NCBI GenBank assembly: GCA_048941265.1
Contig: JBHLNT010000005.1
Coordinates: 10,701 to 74,700, forward strand
From: Promethearchaeota archaeon
Lineage (GTDB): Archaea > Asgardarchaeota > Lokiarchaeia > Sigyniarchaeales > SOKP01
Direction of reading: 5' to 3'
Length of the DNA stretch: 64,000 nucleotides
The translations under genes and the position numbers were made by a program. Under the pieces are notes generated by a model. The model saw nothing but the letters and a program-made list of their open reading frames with translations, was not told the origin of the DNA and did not search any database. Shown here one piece after another: positions 40,531-51,439 of the stretch (position 1 is its first letter; each line of letters opens with the position of its first letter).

Positions 40531-41364
40531 TTAAATAATTACCTTTCGTTCGAGTTCCATAGTCTCTAGGTCAATAAGAGCATAAATTAAATATTTTTCA
40601 TGATAATGAGACTGACCGGGTTGAAGACATAGAGTTCTGCCTATTTTATTATACCATTTTCCAGAGACTTCAGCAGATTCATGAATATGACCATGAAAGG
40701 ATAATAAGGGCTGATTTTTTTTTAGAAATTCATATACGGCTTTTGAACCTACTTTTCTCCCATCATAACAAATATCAAGAGAAACATTCGATGGAGGTGT
40801 ATGTATTATATATATTGTCTTATCCATATTGGATGGCCTCACTAAATTATTTATCTCGTATTCGATAGTGGGTAGAGTATTTGCGTAGGAAAACCAATCT
40901 TTAATCTTTATCCACCCATTAGAGGTAGAGATGACGGGTTTTCCAAATTGTTTCGGAAATTCAAAATCATTAGTATCCATCCGCGCTCTATCTTTGAGAG
41001 CGAATGGAAGGTCTGGAACCAAATTAAATCCGATAAATTCAAATGTATTAATTTCAAAAATAGTGTTTCCAATATTGATTATATAGTCATATTTATCGCA
41101 GGTTTTTTGAAAGAAATCGTCAAATTTCTGCAAATCATCGTTGCCTAACATTGTAATATAATATATTTTTTCTGAATTAAAGTGTGAGAAATTTTCATCA
41201 AGATAATCAATAATAAACTGATCTTGATTCAATAAATTACCTCTTAATAGCAGCATATCCCCACCATTGAGTACAATATCAACCCTCATCGTCTTAGCTA
41301 TTTCAAAAATACGATCATATTTCCATTCTGCTCCATGTAAGTCTGTAACATATAAAATTTTCAT
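40531..41364 (-). CDS. Icc-like metallophosphoesterase
   Basis: DLHG, GGD, GNDD, HTPP, HGHIHE. Confidence 0.9.
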   Translation of the reverse strand: MKILYVTDLHGAEWKYDRIFEIAKTMRVDIVLNGGDMLLLRGNLLNQDQFIIDYLDENFSHFNSEKIYYITMLGNDDLQKFDDFFQKTCDKYDYIINIGNTIFEINTFEFIGFNLVPDLPFALKDRARMDTNDFEFPKQFGKPVISTSNGWIKIKDWFSYANTLPTIEYEINNLVRPSNMDKTIYIIHTPPSNVSLDICYDGRKVGSKAVYEFLKKNQPLLSFHGHIHESAEVSGKWYNKIGRTLCLQPGQSHYHEKYLIYALIDLETMELERKVII

Positions 41365-41593
41365 AAATTCATTCCAAATATGATTGTTAAAATAATTAAA
41401 GAAAGGGTCATACTCATTTATAATTGATATAATTTAAAGAAATCCACCTTATATTATAAAATCAAATAAGAAATAATTTACGATTTAAAAGAAGTAGTTG
41501 TTTATTTATTATGGTTTATAAACTATAGGTATAATAAAAACCAATAATTCAATAGCATAATAAGAAAGTAAAACTAAGAGGAGAAGAGTAATA

Positions 41594-41950
41594 ATGCAAG
41601 CAATCGGAATTGTGATGCTTTATGACAGGCAGGTTGGAGAGCCCCAAGAAGTTTCTAAAAATTTTTTTGGAGAAAATTTTTCAATAGTTACGGAAGGGCT
41701 TGTATCTCAGGAATTGATTGATTTAATTCAATTAAAAAACATATTAGATTCAAAATCAATTTACTGGGCAGGTATTAGGGAGAATTTTGAAAAAATTTTA
41801 GAAGATGATGAGGGAATTGGACGTCTTGCGTGGAAAGTCTTTAATGATCAATCTGGTAAGGAAGCCTCTGATGAAGTAAAGAGTTTGATTTATGATGGAT
41901 CTAAAGCACCATGGAACTTTAGCTTAATGGTATGTGTTTTGTATGAATAG
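41594..41950 (+). CDS. Hypothetical protein
   Basis: 118-aa ORF with upstream GAGGAG; no recognisable motif. Confidence 0.7.
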   Translation: MQAIGIVMLYDRQVGEPQEVSKNFFGENFSIVTEGLVSQELIDLIQLKNILDSKSIYWAGIRENFEKILEDDEGIGRLAWKVFNDQSGKEASDEVKSLIYDGSKAPWNFSLMVCVLYE

Positions 41951-42018
41951 AAGATTCATTCCAAAGGATTAGAAAAGAGAGGTATAAATTTATTTTATTC
42001 AATTATTTTTTTTCAAAC

Positions 42019-44073
42019 TTATTTTTGAGTCAACTTGCTGGATAAAAGCAAGAATGATTTTTTTTCTTGAGTCTGGCGAGTGAGTTTAGTTTCCATGTTA
42101 GTTAATTTTAAAAGCCAAAAAAGGGAATAAAGCTCAATTTTTCTCTCAAAATCGCGATCGATTTTCTGATATGTATGATATCCTCTGTAAAAAGCTTTAT
42201 TAAATTCGGGTTGATCGAGGAATTCTAAATCCCAATGAGTAATTTTAACAAAATCTTCTGCTTTTACCCCTATTCCCCAATTATCAAAATCTATTATTCC
42301 ATTTATTTTAATAGAACCTACATCATCTTTTACAATAATATTTTTACTGTGAAAATCATTATGTATTAGTACCGCCTCATTTTCCTCTTCAATTAGTGTC
42401 TCATTATCTTTAAAGAACTCCTTTATTTCTTCAATATTGTTAAGTTTGTTTTTTTTAGCCTCTTGAATTTCTATATTTAACCTATTATGAAATATTTCAG
42501 ACCAAATTTTTCCATTTTTTTCCCCGATCTCATATATATTTTCATAAAAAGAACTAAACTTGATTTGGTGTAATTTTCCTAAGGTCTCTCCTAATTTTAC
42601 AAATAAATTAATGAATTTTGAGGTGCTTAATTCTAAGTTAAAATCTTCAATTATATTCTGTTCCAATAATTTATGCAGTGTTTTTCCATGAATATATTCT
42701 TGCACTGTAAATATGTATGGAATTAATTTTTTAGATTCATCATAGTATATTAAATTTCCAACTGGTATGATTGGTGGATTTTGCTTATCGAAGTGATAAT
42801 TACCTGCTGGGGATTTTAGCAGCTCTTTTATTCTTTCATCAAATTTAGAAGAAAAAGGATATAAAGTCCCGTTTAAAAGGGGGAATAAAATCTTTTCTTT
42901 TGCGATATTTTCATATTGAAATGTTTTAGAGGTGCGAAATCTAAATATCAATTGTGAATTTTCGAAATTGACTCGATAAATAGTGTTAATTTGTCCGTCT
43001 AAAGGCCCGATAATTTTTTTAATTTTTCCCTGTTTAATTAAAACGTCAACAGTCGAAAAAATACGAATAATGTCTCTTAAATCATATAATTCATCTTTAT
43101 TTAAAGAATAAAGTTGAAAAATTAATTTTTGATTCAAAAGATAATTTGTAGTAGCTTCAATTCTCGTTTTAGTTATATCCTCCAATTCTCTTTGAAGTGG
43201 TGGCGAAACTATATTTAGTTCTTCAATTGGAATTTTTAATATATCCTTGTATAGATAAAGAAAGGCGTATTTTAAACCACGTTGTACTTTTCCAGCATTC
43301 ATTTTTATATCATAGATTTTATTTCTAATATCATCTAAATGTTCTTGGTGTTGGGTGAGTTCTAAAATATTATCTTCAAGGGCCGCTTTGTATAACTTTG
43401 AGCAAATATTTGTTAAATTTGCTATACCAGGTACGATTCCCGCATATTTTCTTAGTTCCAATGGGATTAATTGTAAAAAGAATGAAAATCTACTCTCATC
43501 ACCACATAATACAGAAAAATTTTCGCTTAGTTGTCCAATATATGCTTTATAATTATTGATTTTGTTAGATGCATCCTTAATGCCTCTTAAATTTTCAAAA
43601 TTTCTTAATTCTTGTACAATTTTTGGATCAATTTCATTACCAGCAAATTGCTCTGGATTATGATATAAATATATATGATTTTTAAGGGATAAGGAATCTA
43701 GAATGCTTTCAAAATGTATTTTTAACTCATCAGCAGGTAATTTTTTTGAAAATGGAGGAGCAATAAAAAAATTTAGAGCGCTAAATTTCTTACCCAATGT
43801 CTCTATCTGATTCGTAACTTCATCTACTTCATTCCCAAAAGCTCCTAATAAAATTGGTATTTTATCGTTAATTTCAATTGTAAGATTAAGAAATTTAATT
43901 TTTTCATTTAATTTATCGGAAAAATAAATTCCTTCACCAGTTGTCCCAAATAAATAAATAGCATTAGCCTTGTTTAATAGAGCATGGCGAATTAAAATTT
44001 TATTTAAATCCATTTCAATCTCATAGTCTTTATTGAAAAATGTTAGAGACGGAACAATAATGCCATTTACCAT
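42019..44073 (-). CDS. DHDPS/NAL-family aldolase fused to an APH-type phosphotransferase
   Basis: N-terminal GTTGE, YHNP, GIKDAS; C-terminal HNDFHSKNI, IIDFD. Confidence 0.85.
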   Translation of the reverse strand: MVNGIIVPSLTFFNKDYEIEMDLNKILIRHALLNKANAIYLFGTTGEGIYFSDKLNEKIKFLNLTIEINDKIPILLGAFGNEVDEVTNQIETLGKKFSALNFFIAPPFSKKLPADELKIHFESILDSLSLKNHIYLYHNPEQFAGNEIDPKIVQELRNFENLRGIKDASNKINNYKAYIGQLSENFSVLCGDESRFSFFLQLIPLELRKYAGIVPGIANLTNICSKLYKAALEDNILELTQHQEHLDDIRNKIYDIKMNAGKVQRGLKYAFLYLYKDILKIPIEELNIVSPPLQRELEDITKTRIEATTNYLLNQKLIFQLYSLNKDELYDLRDIIRIFSTVDVLIKQGKIKKIIGPLDGQINTIYRVNFENSQLIFRFRTSKTFQYENIAKEKILFPLLNGTLYPFSSKFDERIKELLKSPAGNYHFDKQNPPIIPVGNLIYYDESKKLIPYIFTVQEYIHGKTLHKLLEQNIIEDFNLELSTSKFINLFVKLGETLGKLHQIKFSSFYENIYEIGEKNGKIWSEIFHNRLNIEIQEAKKNKLNNIEEIKEFFKDNETLIEEENEAVLIHNDFHSKNIIVKDDVGSIKINGIIDFDNWGIGVKAEDFVKITHWDLEFLDQPEFNKAFYRGYHTYQKIDRDFERKIELYSLFWLLKLTNMETKLTRQTQEKKSFLLLSSKLTQK

Positions 44074-44294
44074 TTTAATATACTCTGTTTTAGTACTAAA
44101 AAAAGGCTAACTAGATTTCAGATCTTATTTTATAAGAATCAGTATTGTCAAATTTTGTAAATAAAAATGAATGTGATCATTAATACTTTATCCTAAAGAT
44201 ATACCCATAAAAAGTAATTAAAGGAAGACAAAATACTCAGCTACGTATAAGTAAAGAGGGAAAGAAAAAAAAGAGAATTTAAAAAAAAAATTTT

Positions 44295-44807
44295 CTATTT
44301 CATTTTAACTGCTCCTATCAGAACAATAAAAGCAGCTAGAGTTCCTATAAAAAATCCCGTACCGAGGCCCCAAGTCCAATTACCATAGCTTCCATAAAAT
44401 ATATTATATTCTTCATTAGATAGAAATTCAAGAACATCAAGAAATCTCTTAAAATCATCCCATTCTGAAAGGGCGTATAGAAAAAGACCGATTCCAATAA
44501 ACATCATCAATGAGCAAAGAACTGTTAGATTTTTAGATTCGTTAATTGCACCTATTATTGCAATAAAAGAACCCAACAGAAACACAACCCCAGCTATTGT
44601 TCCAATATTACCTAATATTTGCCGGTTATGTGAATATCCAAAAGCATTAATATAATAATTTCTTTTTAATGTCCAGAATTCCCATGTTATTTGCCACCAA
44701 GCTCCTAATGATTCAGATACATAGTATGATAACACTGAGAAAATACCAAATAGGCCCCCTAAAATAATTACAACTTTATATGAGTCATTACGTCCCATAT
44801 TTCTCAT
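44295..44807 (-). CDS. Hypothetical 4-TM membrane protein
   Basis: Four hydrophobic segments. Confidence 0.75.
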   Translation of the reverse strand: MRNMGRNDSYKVVIILGGLFGIFSVLSYYVSESLGAWWQITWEFWTLKRNYYINAFGYSHNRQILGNIGTIAGVVFLLGSFIAIIGAINESKNLTVLCSLMMFIGIGLFLYALSEWDDFKRFLDVLEFLSNEEYNIFYGSYGNWTWGLGTGFFIGTLAAFIVLIGAVKMK

Positions 44808-44982
44808 CCATTTTGATTTATATTATTAAAATCGACACCTATGACTAAAAAAAGGATAAATGATAATTATGCACAAATATATTTAAAAATATTCGATATC
44901 AGATTAGAGTCTTTTTTATTAATTCTAATAAGAACGGAAAAAGTATGTGGCTTTTTTAGAGTAAAAAATAATCTAGGGACTA

Positions 44983-45615
44983 TTAATTAATATATTTTCT
45001 AATAACCTCACCTTTTGGCTTTTCCTCTTCAAATAAAATTGCCTGAAAAGAAAATATCTTGGTTTTTTTATCTTTCCACTCATCAGCAGAGAGCCATGCT
45101 TTTTGGCAAGTGTGTCTTAAAAATTCTTCAACCGACCAATTTCTATCGTGTTCAACAGGTACTTGAGGCAATAATAAACCTCTACTCATACCCTTTTCGG
45201 CAATTAATCCATCCCTTCCAATTACAATTTTCTCTAAATATTCTTTAGGATCGTTAACTTCAATCAATTTTGGCGGAGTTAAGATAGATAATTCAATTAT
45301 AATATTATCCATTTCTTCAAGGGTAACTGAGGGAAATCGAGGATCTTCGGTTGCTGAACTTATTGAAACTTTATGAATAACATCATATAAAGGATAAATT
45401 GGCTCAATATATCCAATGCAACCTCGCAAGGGATTTCCAGGAACATTGTAAGTATTTAAAGTTACAAACGCTCCATATTTATCCCCGAATTTTTCTTTGA
45501 TTACTTCGGGAACTGGAATTCTTTTACTCTGTTTTAAATAATTTTCGATATTTTTTCTAGCGAATTGTATTAACAATTTCCCATCTTCCACACTAAATGG
45601 TTCCTTGTCTGACAT
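44983..45615 (-). CDS. AMMECR1 domain protein (TIGR00296)
   Basis: FVTL, LRGCIG, DPRF, LLPQV. Confidence 0.93.
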   Translation of the reverse strand: MSDKEPFSVEDGKLLIQFARKNIENYLKQSKRIPVPEVIKEKFGDKYGAFVTLNTYNVPGNPLRGCIGYIEPIYPLYDVIHKVSISSATEDPRFPSVTLEEMDNIIIELSILTPPKLIEVNDPKEYLEKIVIGRDGLIAEKGMSRGLLLPQVPVEHDRNWSVEEFLRHTCQKAWLSADEWKDKKTKIFSFQAILFEEEKPKGEVIRKYIN

Positions 45616-45678
45616 AATCCCTCTTAAAAGTTTTATATCTATATCATATTATGTTTAAAGATTTTTTATACTTTATAT

Positions 45679-47058
45679 TCACTTCTTTATGATTTTTCCT
45701 TTTGATTCAGAGTTTATTTCGTATCCTTCTATAAATACCTTCCAAATCTGAACTGACGTTCTATATCCCTCAAAAGGGGAAAATTTTGCCTTTGTCTTAA
45801 AATTTTGAGGATTAATGTTATATGTAGAGATTTTATCCACAATCACTAAATCGGCATCATATCCTTCCTTTATAAATCCTTTATTCCTTAAATTAAATCG
45901 TTTTGCAGGATTTTCTGAGGCTATTTTTACAAAATTTTCTAAAGGGAGTTCATATCGACACACTTTATCCAATAATAATAGTGGATATGTTTCAAATCCA
46001 GGAAAACCAGAAGGAGCCTCGTTATATGGTTTTAATTTCTCTATAATTGTGTGGGGGGCATGATCAGTTCCAATTAATTCGATATTTCCCGCCTTAAATT
46101 CATTATATAAAAATAGAGAATGTTCCTCATCTCGTAAAGGAGGTAAGACCTTGCCAAAATTCTCATGATTTAAATTTATTTTATTTGATAAAAGTAGATG
46201 ATGAGGCGTAATTTCGAAGCTTATTTTTAATTCAGCATATCGCCCTACGGCTTTTTTTATAATATTATAACTATCTATACAACTTATATGACAAAAATGA
46301 ACTATAGGGTATTTCTCCTTCTTCAAATTATTATCAGCAATAATTTTATAATAGTTTTCAAGAATAAAATTTACATATTGTGCCTCCATTTGGCAGGGAT
46401 AAAGCTTATTATGTAATTCTAATGTATTGTAATTTCGCAATGTGGATTCTTGAAGAATTTTCTCTCTTTTAGCTATAGATAATGGCCAATCAGGGTGTAT
46501 AAAAATGGGTATTTGAAACTCCGATGAGACAAGAAGTAGTTTTTGTACATTCAAATGATCAATCCAGTCAATTTCATTTAAAGAGCTAAGAGGATATATT
46601 TTGAATCCAATTACACCAAGTTCAATAATTTTCAAAACCTCATCATAGTCAATTGCCTTAGGAATCCCTGCGATAAACGCCACATTGACATGGATGTTAT
46701 TTTTAGCTTTATCCATCCATTTTTTCACTTGGTCTGACGTGATTGCTGGGGGTTGAGTATTCGGCATATTAAAAACAGTGGTTATGCCTGAAACAGCTGC
46801 GGCTTTTGTTCCAGTTAAAAACGTTTCTTTCTCACTTTGTCCCATATCTCTCAAGTGAGAATGAATATCAATAATACCTGGGATGATTACTTTTTGTTCG
46901 CAGTCAATTTCTTCTTTATCTGGGTTTTGTTTAGAAAACTCTTTTAAATCTTCACTATTTGGATTGTAGGTTATCTTTTTGATTATCTTATTGTCAATAA
47001 GAATTAACCCATCCCTTAGCAGCCCGTCATCGTATATTTTTGCGTTTTTTAAAATCAT
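45679..47058 (-). CDS. pyrC: Dihydroorotase family amidohydrolase
   Basis: DIHSHLRD, MPNT.P, TPHHL, PPLR, TDHAPH. Confidence 0.85.
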   Translation of the reverse strand: MILKNAKIYDDGLLRDGLILIDNKIIKKITYNPNSEDLKEFSKQNPDKEEIDCEQKVIIPGIIDIHSHLRDMGQSEKETFLTGTKAAAVSGITTVFNMPNTQPPAITSDQVKKWMDKAKNNIHVNVAFIAGIPKAIDYDEVLKIIELGVIGFKIYPLSSLNEIDWIDHLNVQKLLLVSSEFQIPIFIHPDWPLSIAKREKILQESTLRNYNTLELHNKLYPCQMEAQYVNFILENYYKIIADNNLKKEKYPIVHFCHISCIDSYNIIKKAVGRYAELKISFEITPHHLLLSNKINLNHENFGKVLPPLRDEEHSLFLYNEFKAGNIELIGTDHAPHTIIEKLKPYNEAPSGFPGFETYPLLLLDKVCRYELPLENFVKIASENPAKRFNLRNKGFIKEGYDADLVIVDKISTYNINPQNFKTKAKFSPFEGYRTSVQIWKVFIEGYEINSESKGKIIKK

Positions 47059-47753
47059 TTAATCACATTATTTGTGCTCGCTTGTTGATCTATTCGAAAA
47101 TTAATATATAAAATTTTTTCTTCAACTTTTTTTATTTTTTCTAAGGGCGACAAAATAATATTTTCCAACATTGCAGGAAAGACTTGTACCAAGGAATTCA
47201 AGAAATTAATTAAAAGAGAATTGCCATGAATATTTAGCGCGATGATAAAAAAATATTTATTTAGATGTCCTAACTCGCTGAATTTTCTAATTGGAGGCAA
47301 ATCATACATATGTGCTAAAAAAGGAAACTCATGTACTGATATTGAATTAGAAACACAGACCATTTCTTTGAATTCCATTAACTTTAACCATAATATAAAC
47401 GAATGAGGATTATTGAACCTTCTAATACAAATTCCTGGAGTAGATTTAACCCACTGATCTATTTGTGAGAGTTTGTTTTGATTAGCTTTTTCCAGAGCTT
47501 TTTGTAACAAGAGAGCTTGAGACCTCTCATCAGAACTTAAATATCTTAAATTGATACCCTCGAATTTAATTAACACATTTTCATTTTGAAAATATAAATA
47601 CAAATTGTTGTTTTTCCTTATCGCATAGGAAAGACAAAATGCTTCTCTTATGCAGCAACAGATTTGATAGATATCAAGAGGGGTATTTCCTTCATCAATG
47701 TTCTTTTTGCTGTAATCGATAATTTTTTCAATAAATAATATGAAATTGACCAA
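47055..47753 (-). CDS. TrmY-like (tRNA pseudouridine-54 N1-methyltransferase-like) protein, divergent
   Basis: AFCLSYAIR, LRYLSSDERS, STPGI resemble the TrmY N-terminal half; next to srp54. Confidence 0.6.
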   Translation of the reverse strand: MVNFILFIEKIIDYSKKNIDEGNTPLDIYQICCCIREAFCLSYAIRKNNNLYLYFQNENVLIKFEGINLRYLSSDERSQALLLQKALEKANQNKLSQIDQWVKSTPGICIRRFNNPHSFILWLKLMEFKEMVCVSNSISVHEFPFLAHMYDLPPIRKFSELGHLNKYFFIIALNIHGNSLLINFLNSLVQVFPAMLENIILSPLEKIKKVEEKILYINFRIDQQASTNNVIK

Positions 47754-47780
47754 AATTATAAATCAACACATTATTAAAAG

Positions 47781-49163
47781 TTAAAATTTAAAGTCTTTTG
47801 CCATTTTCTTCATAAATTGCTCTGCGCCTTTCCCCATACCCGGCATCCCGGGCATACCCCCCTTTCCAGCTTTTTGCCTCATTTGCATAAACCTTTTCAT
47901 CATTTTTTTCATTTGGTTATACTGGTCGAGCATTTTATTGATTATAGAGTATTCTGTTCCAGAACCTATGGCAATCCTTCTTTTTCTGGTCTTTTTGATA
48001 ATTTTTGGATTTTCCTTCTCTTCGGCAGTCATGGAATCCAGAACAACTCTCCATTTTTCAATGTTTTTTTCAGCATCTTCTTTTAAAGCATCTGGAATGT
48101 TTCCACCACCCATCATAGCAACGATTTGCTTAAACTTACCCACCTTTTTTATACTTTTAAGTTGCTGATATAGATCCTCGAGTGTAAATTTACCACGCAT
48201 TAATCTCTTAACCATTTCTGGATCAGGCATGGCTTCTGCTTCTTGTACGCGTTGAATTAAACCTTCTAAATCAGGAATACCTAGAATAGTGCCTATAAAA
48301 GTAGTTGGTTCAAATTCTTGGAATTCATCTATTTTCTCACCAACACCTATAAATCTGATACCAACGTTCGCGGCAACACAGGCCGATAGAGCACCGCCCC
48401 CCTTAGCAGTTCCATCTAATTTTGTTACGATAATTGAACCAAGATTTGTTGTTTTCGCAAATGCTTCAGCTTGATTATATGCTTGTTGTCCTAATGTACC
48501 GTCAATTACTAAAATAACTTCATTCGGTTTTAATTTTTCCTCTAAAACTGCCATTTCTTTCATCAATTCTTTTTCTTCTTTATGTCTTCCTGCAGTGTCT
48601 ACGATAATCAGCTCGTTTCCTTCATTCATTGCTTTTTTAGTTTCTTGAACTCCAATTTTAATCGCATTTTTCTCTTTAGGATTTCCATAACATGTAACTC
48701 CAATTTGGTTTGTTAATTGAACAAGTTGTTCATACGCCCCTGGACGATATGTATCTGTTGTTACTGCAGCCACTTTATATCCTTTACTTTTATAAAAATG
48801 AGCTAATTTCCCAATTGTAGTAGTTTTGCCCGATCCTTGAATTCCAACAAGAAGTATCACATTTTTTTTACCTGGTTTAATTCTAATGGGAGCTTTCTTC
48901 CCACCTAATGTTTTTATTAGCTCATCATGAACAAGCTTAATTATAAAATCTTTTCTCTTAACTTTTTGGAGAGTAGTATTCATTGCTTCTTTTTTAATAT
49001 TCTCGGTCATTTCGAATACTAATTCTACTTTCACATCCGAACTCAATAATGCCCTTTGCAAATCTTGTATTAACGCATTGATCGCATCTTTATCAATTTG
49101 AGGGAGTCGTCTAATTTTCCTTATCGCGGAATCCAAGCTTCTGCCAAGTTTCTCTAATACCAT
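47781..49163 (-). CDS. srp54: Signal recognition particle 54 kDa protein (start ATG at 49163)
   Basis: [25 protein letters not shown]; Met-rich M domain. Confidence 0.97.
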   Translation of the reverse strand: MVLEKLGRSLDSAIRKIRRLPQIDKDAINALIQDLQRALLSSDVKVELVFEMTENIKKEAMNTTLQKVKRKDFIIKLVHDELIKTLGGKKAPIRIKPGKKNVILLVGIQGSGKTTTIGKLAHFYKSKGYKVAAVTTDTYRPGAYEQLVQLTNQIGVTCYGNPKEKNAIKIGVQETKKAMNEGNELIIVDTAGRHKEEKELMKEMAVLEEKLKPNEVILVIDGTLGQQAYNQAEAFAKTTNLGSIIVTKLDGTAKGGGALSACVAANVGIRFIGVGEKIDEFQEFEPTTFIGTILGIPDLEGLIQRVQEAEAMPDPEMVKRLMRGKFTLEDLYQQLKSIKKVGKFKQIVAMMGGGNIPDALKEDAEKNIEKWRVVLDSMTAEEKENPKIIKKTRKRRIAIGSGTEYSIINKMLDQYNQMKKMMKRFMQMRQKAGKGGMPGMPGMGKGAEQFMKKMAKDFKF

Positions 49164-49343
49164 GGCTAAAAAAATCTTAATTTTTTTTTCTATATAATAA
49201 TCTTCAAAAAATGATATCTTTTTAATAAGATATTTTTTTACTTTTGTAAAGAAGTAAAAAAAATAAATATCAAAGAATTTTAATATATAAAAAAATAGAA
49301 ATATCAAAATTAAAAATATTTGTAAATCATTTCATAAAAGTAA

Positions 49344-49787
49344 ATGGTGTATGTAGAATTGTCAATTAGAAGGACAGAGATTCAAAAATTGAAAAGTGGC
49401 CAGTATATTTTGGTTGATGAAGAACCGTGCGTTATTAAAAGTACTGAGCGTTCTAAAAGTGGAAAGCACGGTCACGCAAAGGTAAGAGTGGTATGCATCG
49501 GGATGTTTGACGGGAATAAACGCTCACTTACTATACCGAGCGGCCACATGGTTGAGGTCCCCGAGATCCTTAAGGGTAATGCTCAAATAAATTTTATTGA
49601 AGATATTTCGATTAATATTATGGATTTAGAGACTTTTGAGTCTGTAGACGTTATTTGGCCAACAGATGAGGAATTAGTGGGAAAACTCAAAGAATTACAA
49701 GCGGATCCAAAGAGAATGGCAGCTGCGCAGGTGGAATACTGGCAGCTCGCTGGTAAAACTCTTATCAACCGTGTCTTTCAAAATTAA
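49344..49787 (+). CDS. eif5a: Translation factor aIF5A
   Basis: Hypusine-site motif KSGKHGHAK. Confidence 0.97.
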   Translation: MVYVELSIRRTEIQKLKSGQYILVDEEPCVIKSTERSKSGKHGHAKVRVVCIGMFDGNKRSLTIPSGHMVEVPEILKGNAQINFIEDISINIMDLETFESVDVIWPTDEELVGKLKELQADPKRMAAAQVEYWQLAGKTLINRVFQN

Positions 49788-49875
49788 TATATAAAACATT
49801 TATCAAATTTATTTATTTATTAATTTTTTTAAGGAGAATTTCAAATCTTAATTTAAGAGATTTAATTAAGTAATT

Positions 49876-50793
49876 TTGAGTGGTATGGAAAAAAAATCTA
49901 TTGCATTAGCTTGTCGGATGGATTCAGAGAGAGCAATAAAATTGTCTAAGAGGATTTTTGAATTTTTAGTAAAGAAAGGAGAGGTTGTCTATTTAGAAAC
50001 TCGAATTGCTCCAAAAATATTTCCTCATAATGGAATAGATCTAAATAGCATGACGTCTAAAAATACCAAATTCCTTATTTCTGTAGGAGGGGATGGCACA
50101 CTTCTCCGGGTTGCCAATGGTGTTTCACAGGTTGATCCACCTCCTATTTTTGGGGTAAATATTGGCTCAATTGGATTTCTGGATGAATCTGACGATAAGC
50201 GAGTATATAAAGATTTAAATAGAGTGTTAAAAGGAGAATATATTATAGAGACATGTTCTAAGTTAACTCCTTATATTGTAAGAAATTCTGAAGAAATTAA
50301 GCTCAATAATGCACTAAATGAAATTTTAATTATTTCCTCAAAAAGTTCCAAAGTATTACAAATTTCAATCAAGGTAAATGGAATTTTTTTAAATCGGAGT
50401 TATTTAGATGGAGTAATTATCTCTACATCAACAGGCTCAACAGCTTATAATCTAAGTGCCGGAGGGTCGATAGTAAGCCCTAATTTAGAGATTATGCAGT
50501 TAACACCTCTAAACAGTTTTGCTCGTTCTGGTTTAAGACCTATAGTTCTCCCGATTGAATCGGAAATAGAAATTACTCCCTTAAGACCCCGGTTAAATGC
50601 TAGAATCATTATAGATGGACAACAAACTATTAAAAAAATTCAACCAAATACAAGAATTAGAATTCGAAAAGCCAATTCTCAAATACAATTCATTCGCTTA
50701 ACAGATAATATCTATCAAAATTATTTCAGGCGGTTAAGAAAGAAGATTATAGGAACAATAAGAACTCCATGGGATGATAGCCCTGAAGAATAA
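49876..50793 (+). CDS. nadK: NAD kinase
   Basis: GGDGT, G.IGFL, NE, TGSTAY.LSAGG. Confidence 0.95.
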   Translation: MSGMEKKSIALACRMDSERAIKLSKRIFEFLVKKGEVVYLETRIAPKIFPHNGIDLNSMTSKNTKFLISVGGDGTLLRVANGVSQVDPPPIFGVNIGSIGFLDESDDKRVYKDLNRVLKGEYIIETCSKLTPYIVRNSEEIKLNNALNEILIISSKSSKVLQISIKVNGIFLNRSYLDGVIISTSTGSTAYNLSAGGSIVSPNLEIMQLTPLNSFARSGLRPIVLPIESEIEITPLRPRLNARIIIDGQQTIKKIQPNTRIRIRKANSQIQFIRLTDNIYQNYFRRLRKKIIGTIRTPWDDSPEE

Positions 50794-51331
50794 TCCAATC
50801 TTGATTTTTGATACCAATATCTTTTTGTTGGGTATAAACTTTAATGTGATTAATGGAAAGATTTATACTACGCCTAATGTAATTGAGGAGGTTAAACATA
50901 AGAGATATATAAATAAAAACCGAAATATTATAACCAGAATTCAAGCTGCAATTGAAAGTAAAAAGCTAGTGTTACAAACTCCTACAAACAAATTTAATCA
51001 AGAAATTGATTTAAATTCAAAAACTACAGGAGATTATAAATCTTTATCGTTTGTTGATAAAGAACTGATTGCTTTGGCTTTAGAATTGAAGTTGGCACTT
51101 AAAAAGGATGTAGTCCTCTACACTAATGATTATTCAATGCAAAATTTATGCTCAGAATTAAATATTACTTTTTTACCCTTAATTAGAGATGGAATTAAAT
51201 CCAGAATAATCTGGGAGGTCTATTGTCCTTTCTGTAATGAAATAAAAACAGTTGAAGAATATGGTAAAGATTGCGAAATATGTGGTACACAGCTTAAAAG
51301 GAAAAAAAAGAGTGAGATAAAGTTCAATTAA
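50774..51331 (+). CDS. nob1: NOB1-type PIN endonuclease with zinc ribbon
   Basis: FDTN, LS..D, TNDYSMQN, CPFC...CEICG. Confidence 0.9.
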   Translation: MIALKNNPILIFDTNIFLLGINFNVINGKIYTTPNVIEEVKHKRYINKNRNIITRIQAAIESKKLVLQTPTNKFNQEIDLNSKTTGDYKSLSFVDKELIALALELKLALKKDVVLYTNDYSMQNLCSELNITFLPLIRDGIKSRIIWEVYCPFCNEIKTVEEYGKDCEICGTQLKRKKKSEIKFN

Positions 51332-51439
51332 ACATAGTTTTTTAAATAATTAAAGAATGAAGGATGAATATAGTGGAAAATATATATTAATTTTTCCAAC
51401 CATTAATTAATAGAATAATAATTAAGATCCAAGATAATT

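Noticed and set aside
47825-47865. GC-rich short repeat in srp54
   Set aside because: Encodes the normal GMPGMPGMG tail of the M domain.
49164-49307. Long N-terminal extensions in the track for srp54 (also 6997-7116 and 20103-20252)
   Set aside because: AT-rich intergenic read-through; homology starts at the downstream start codons.
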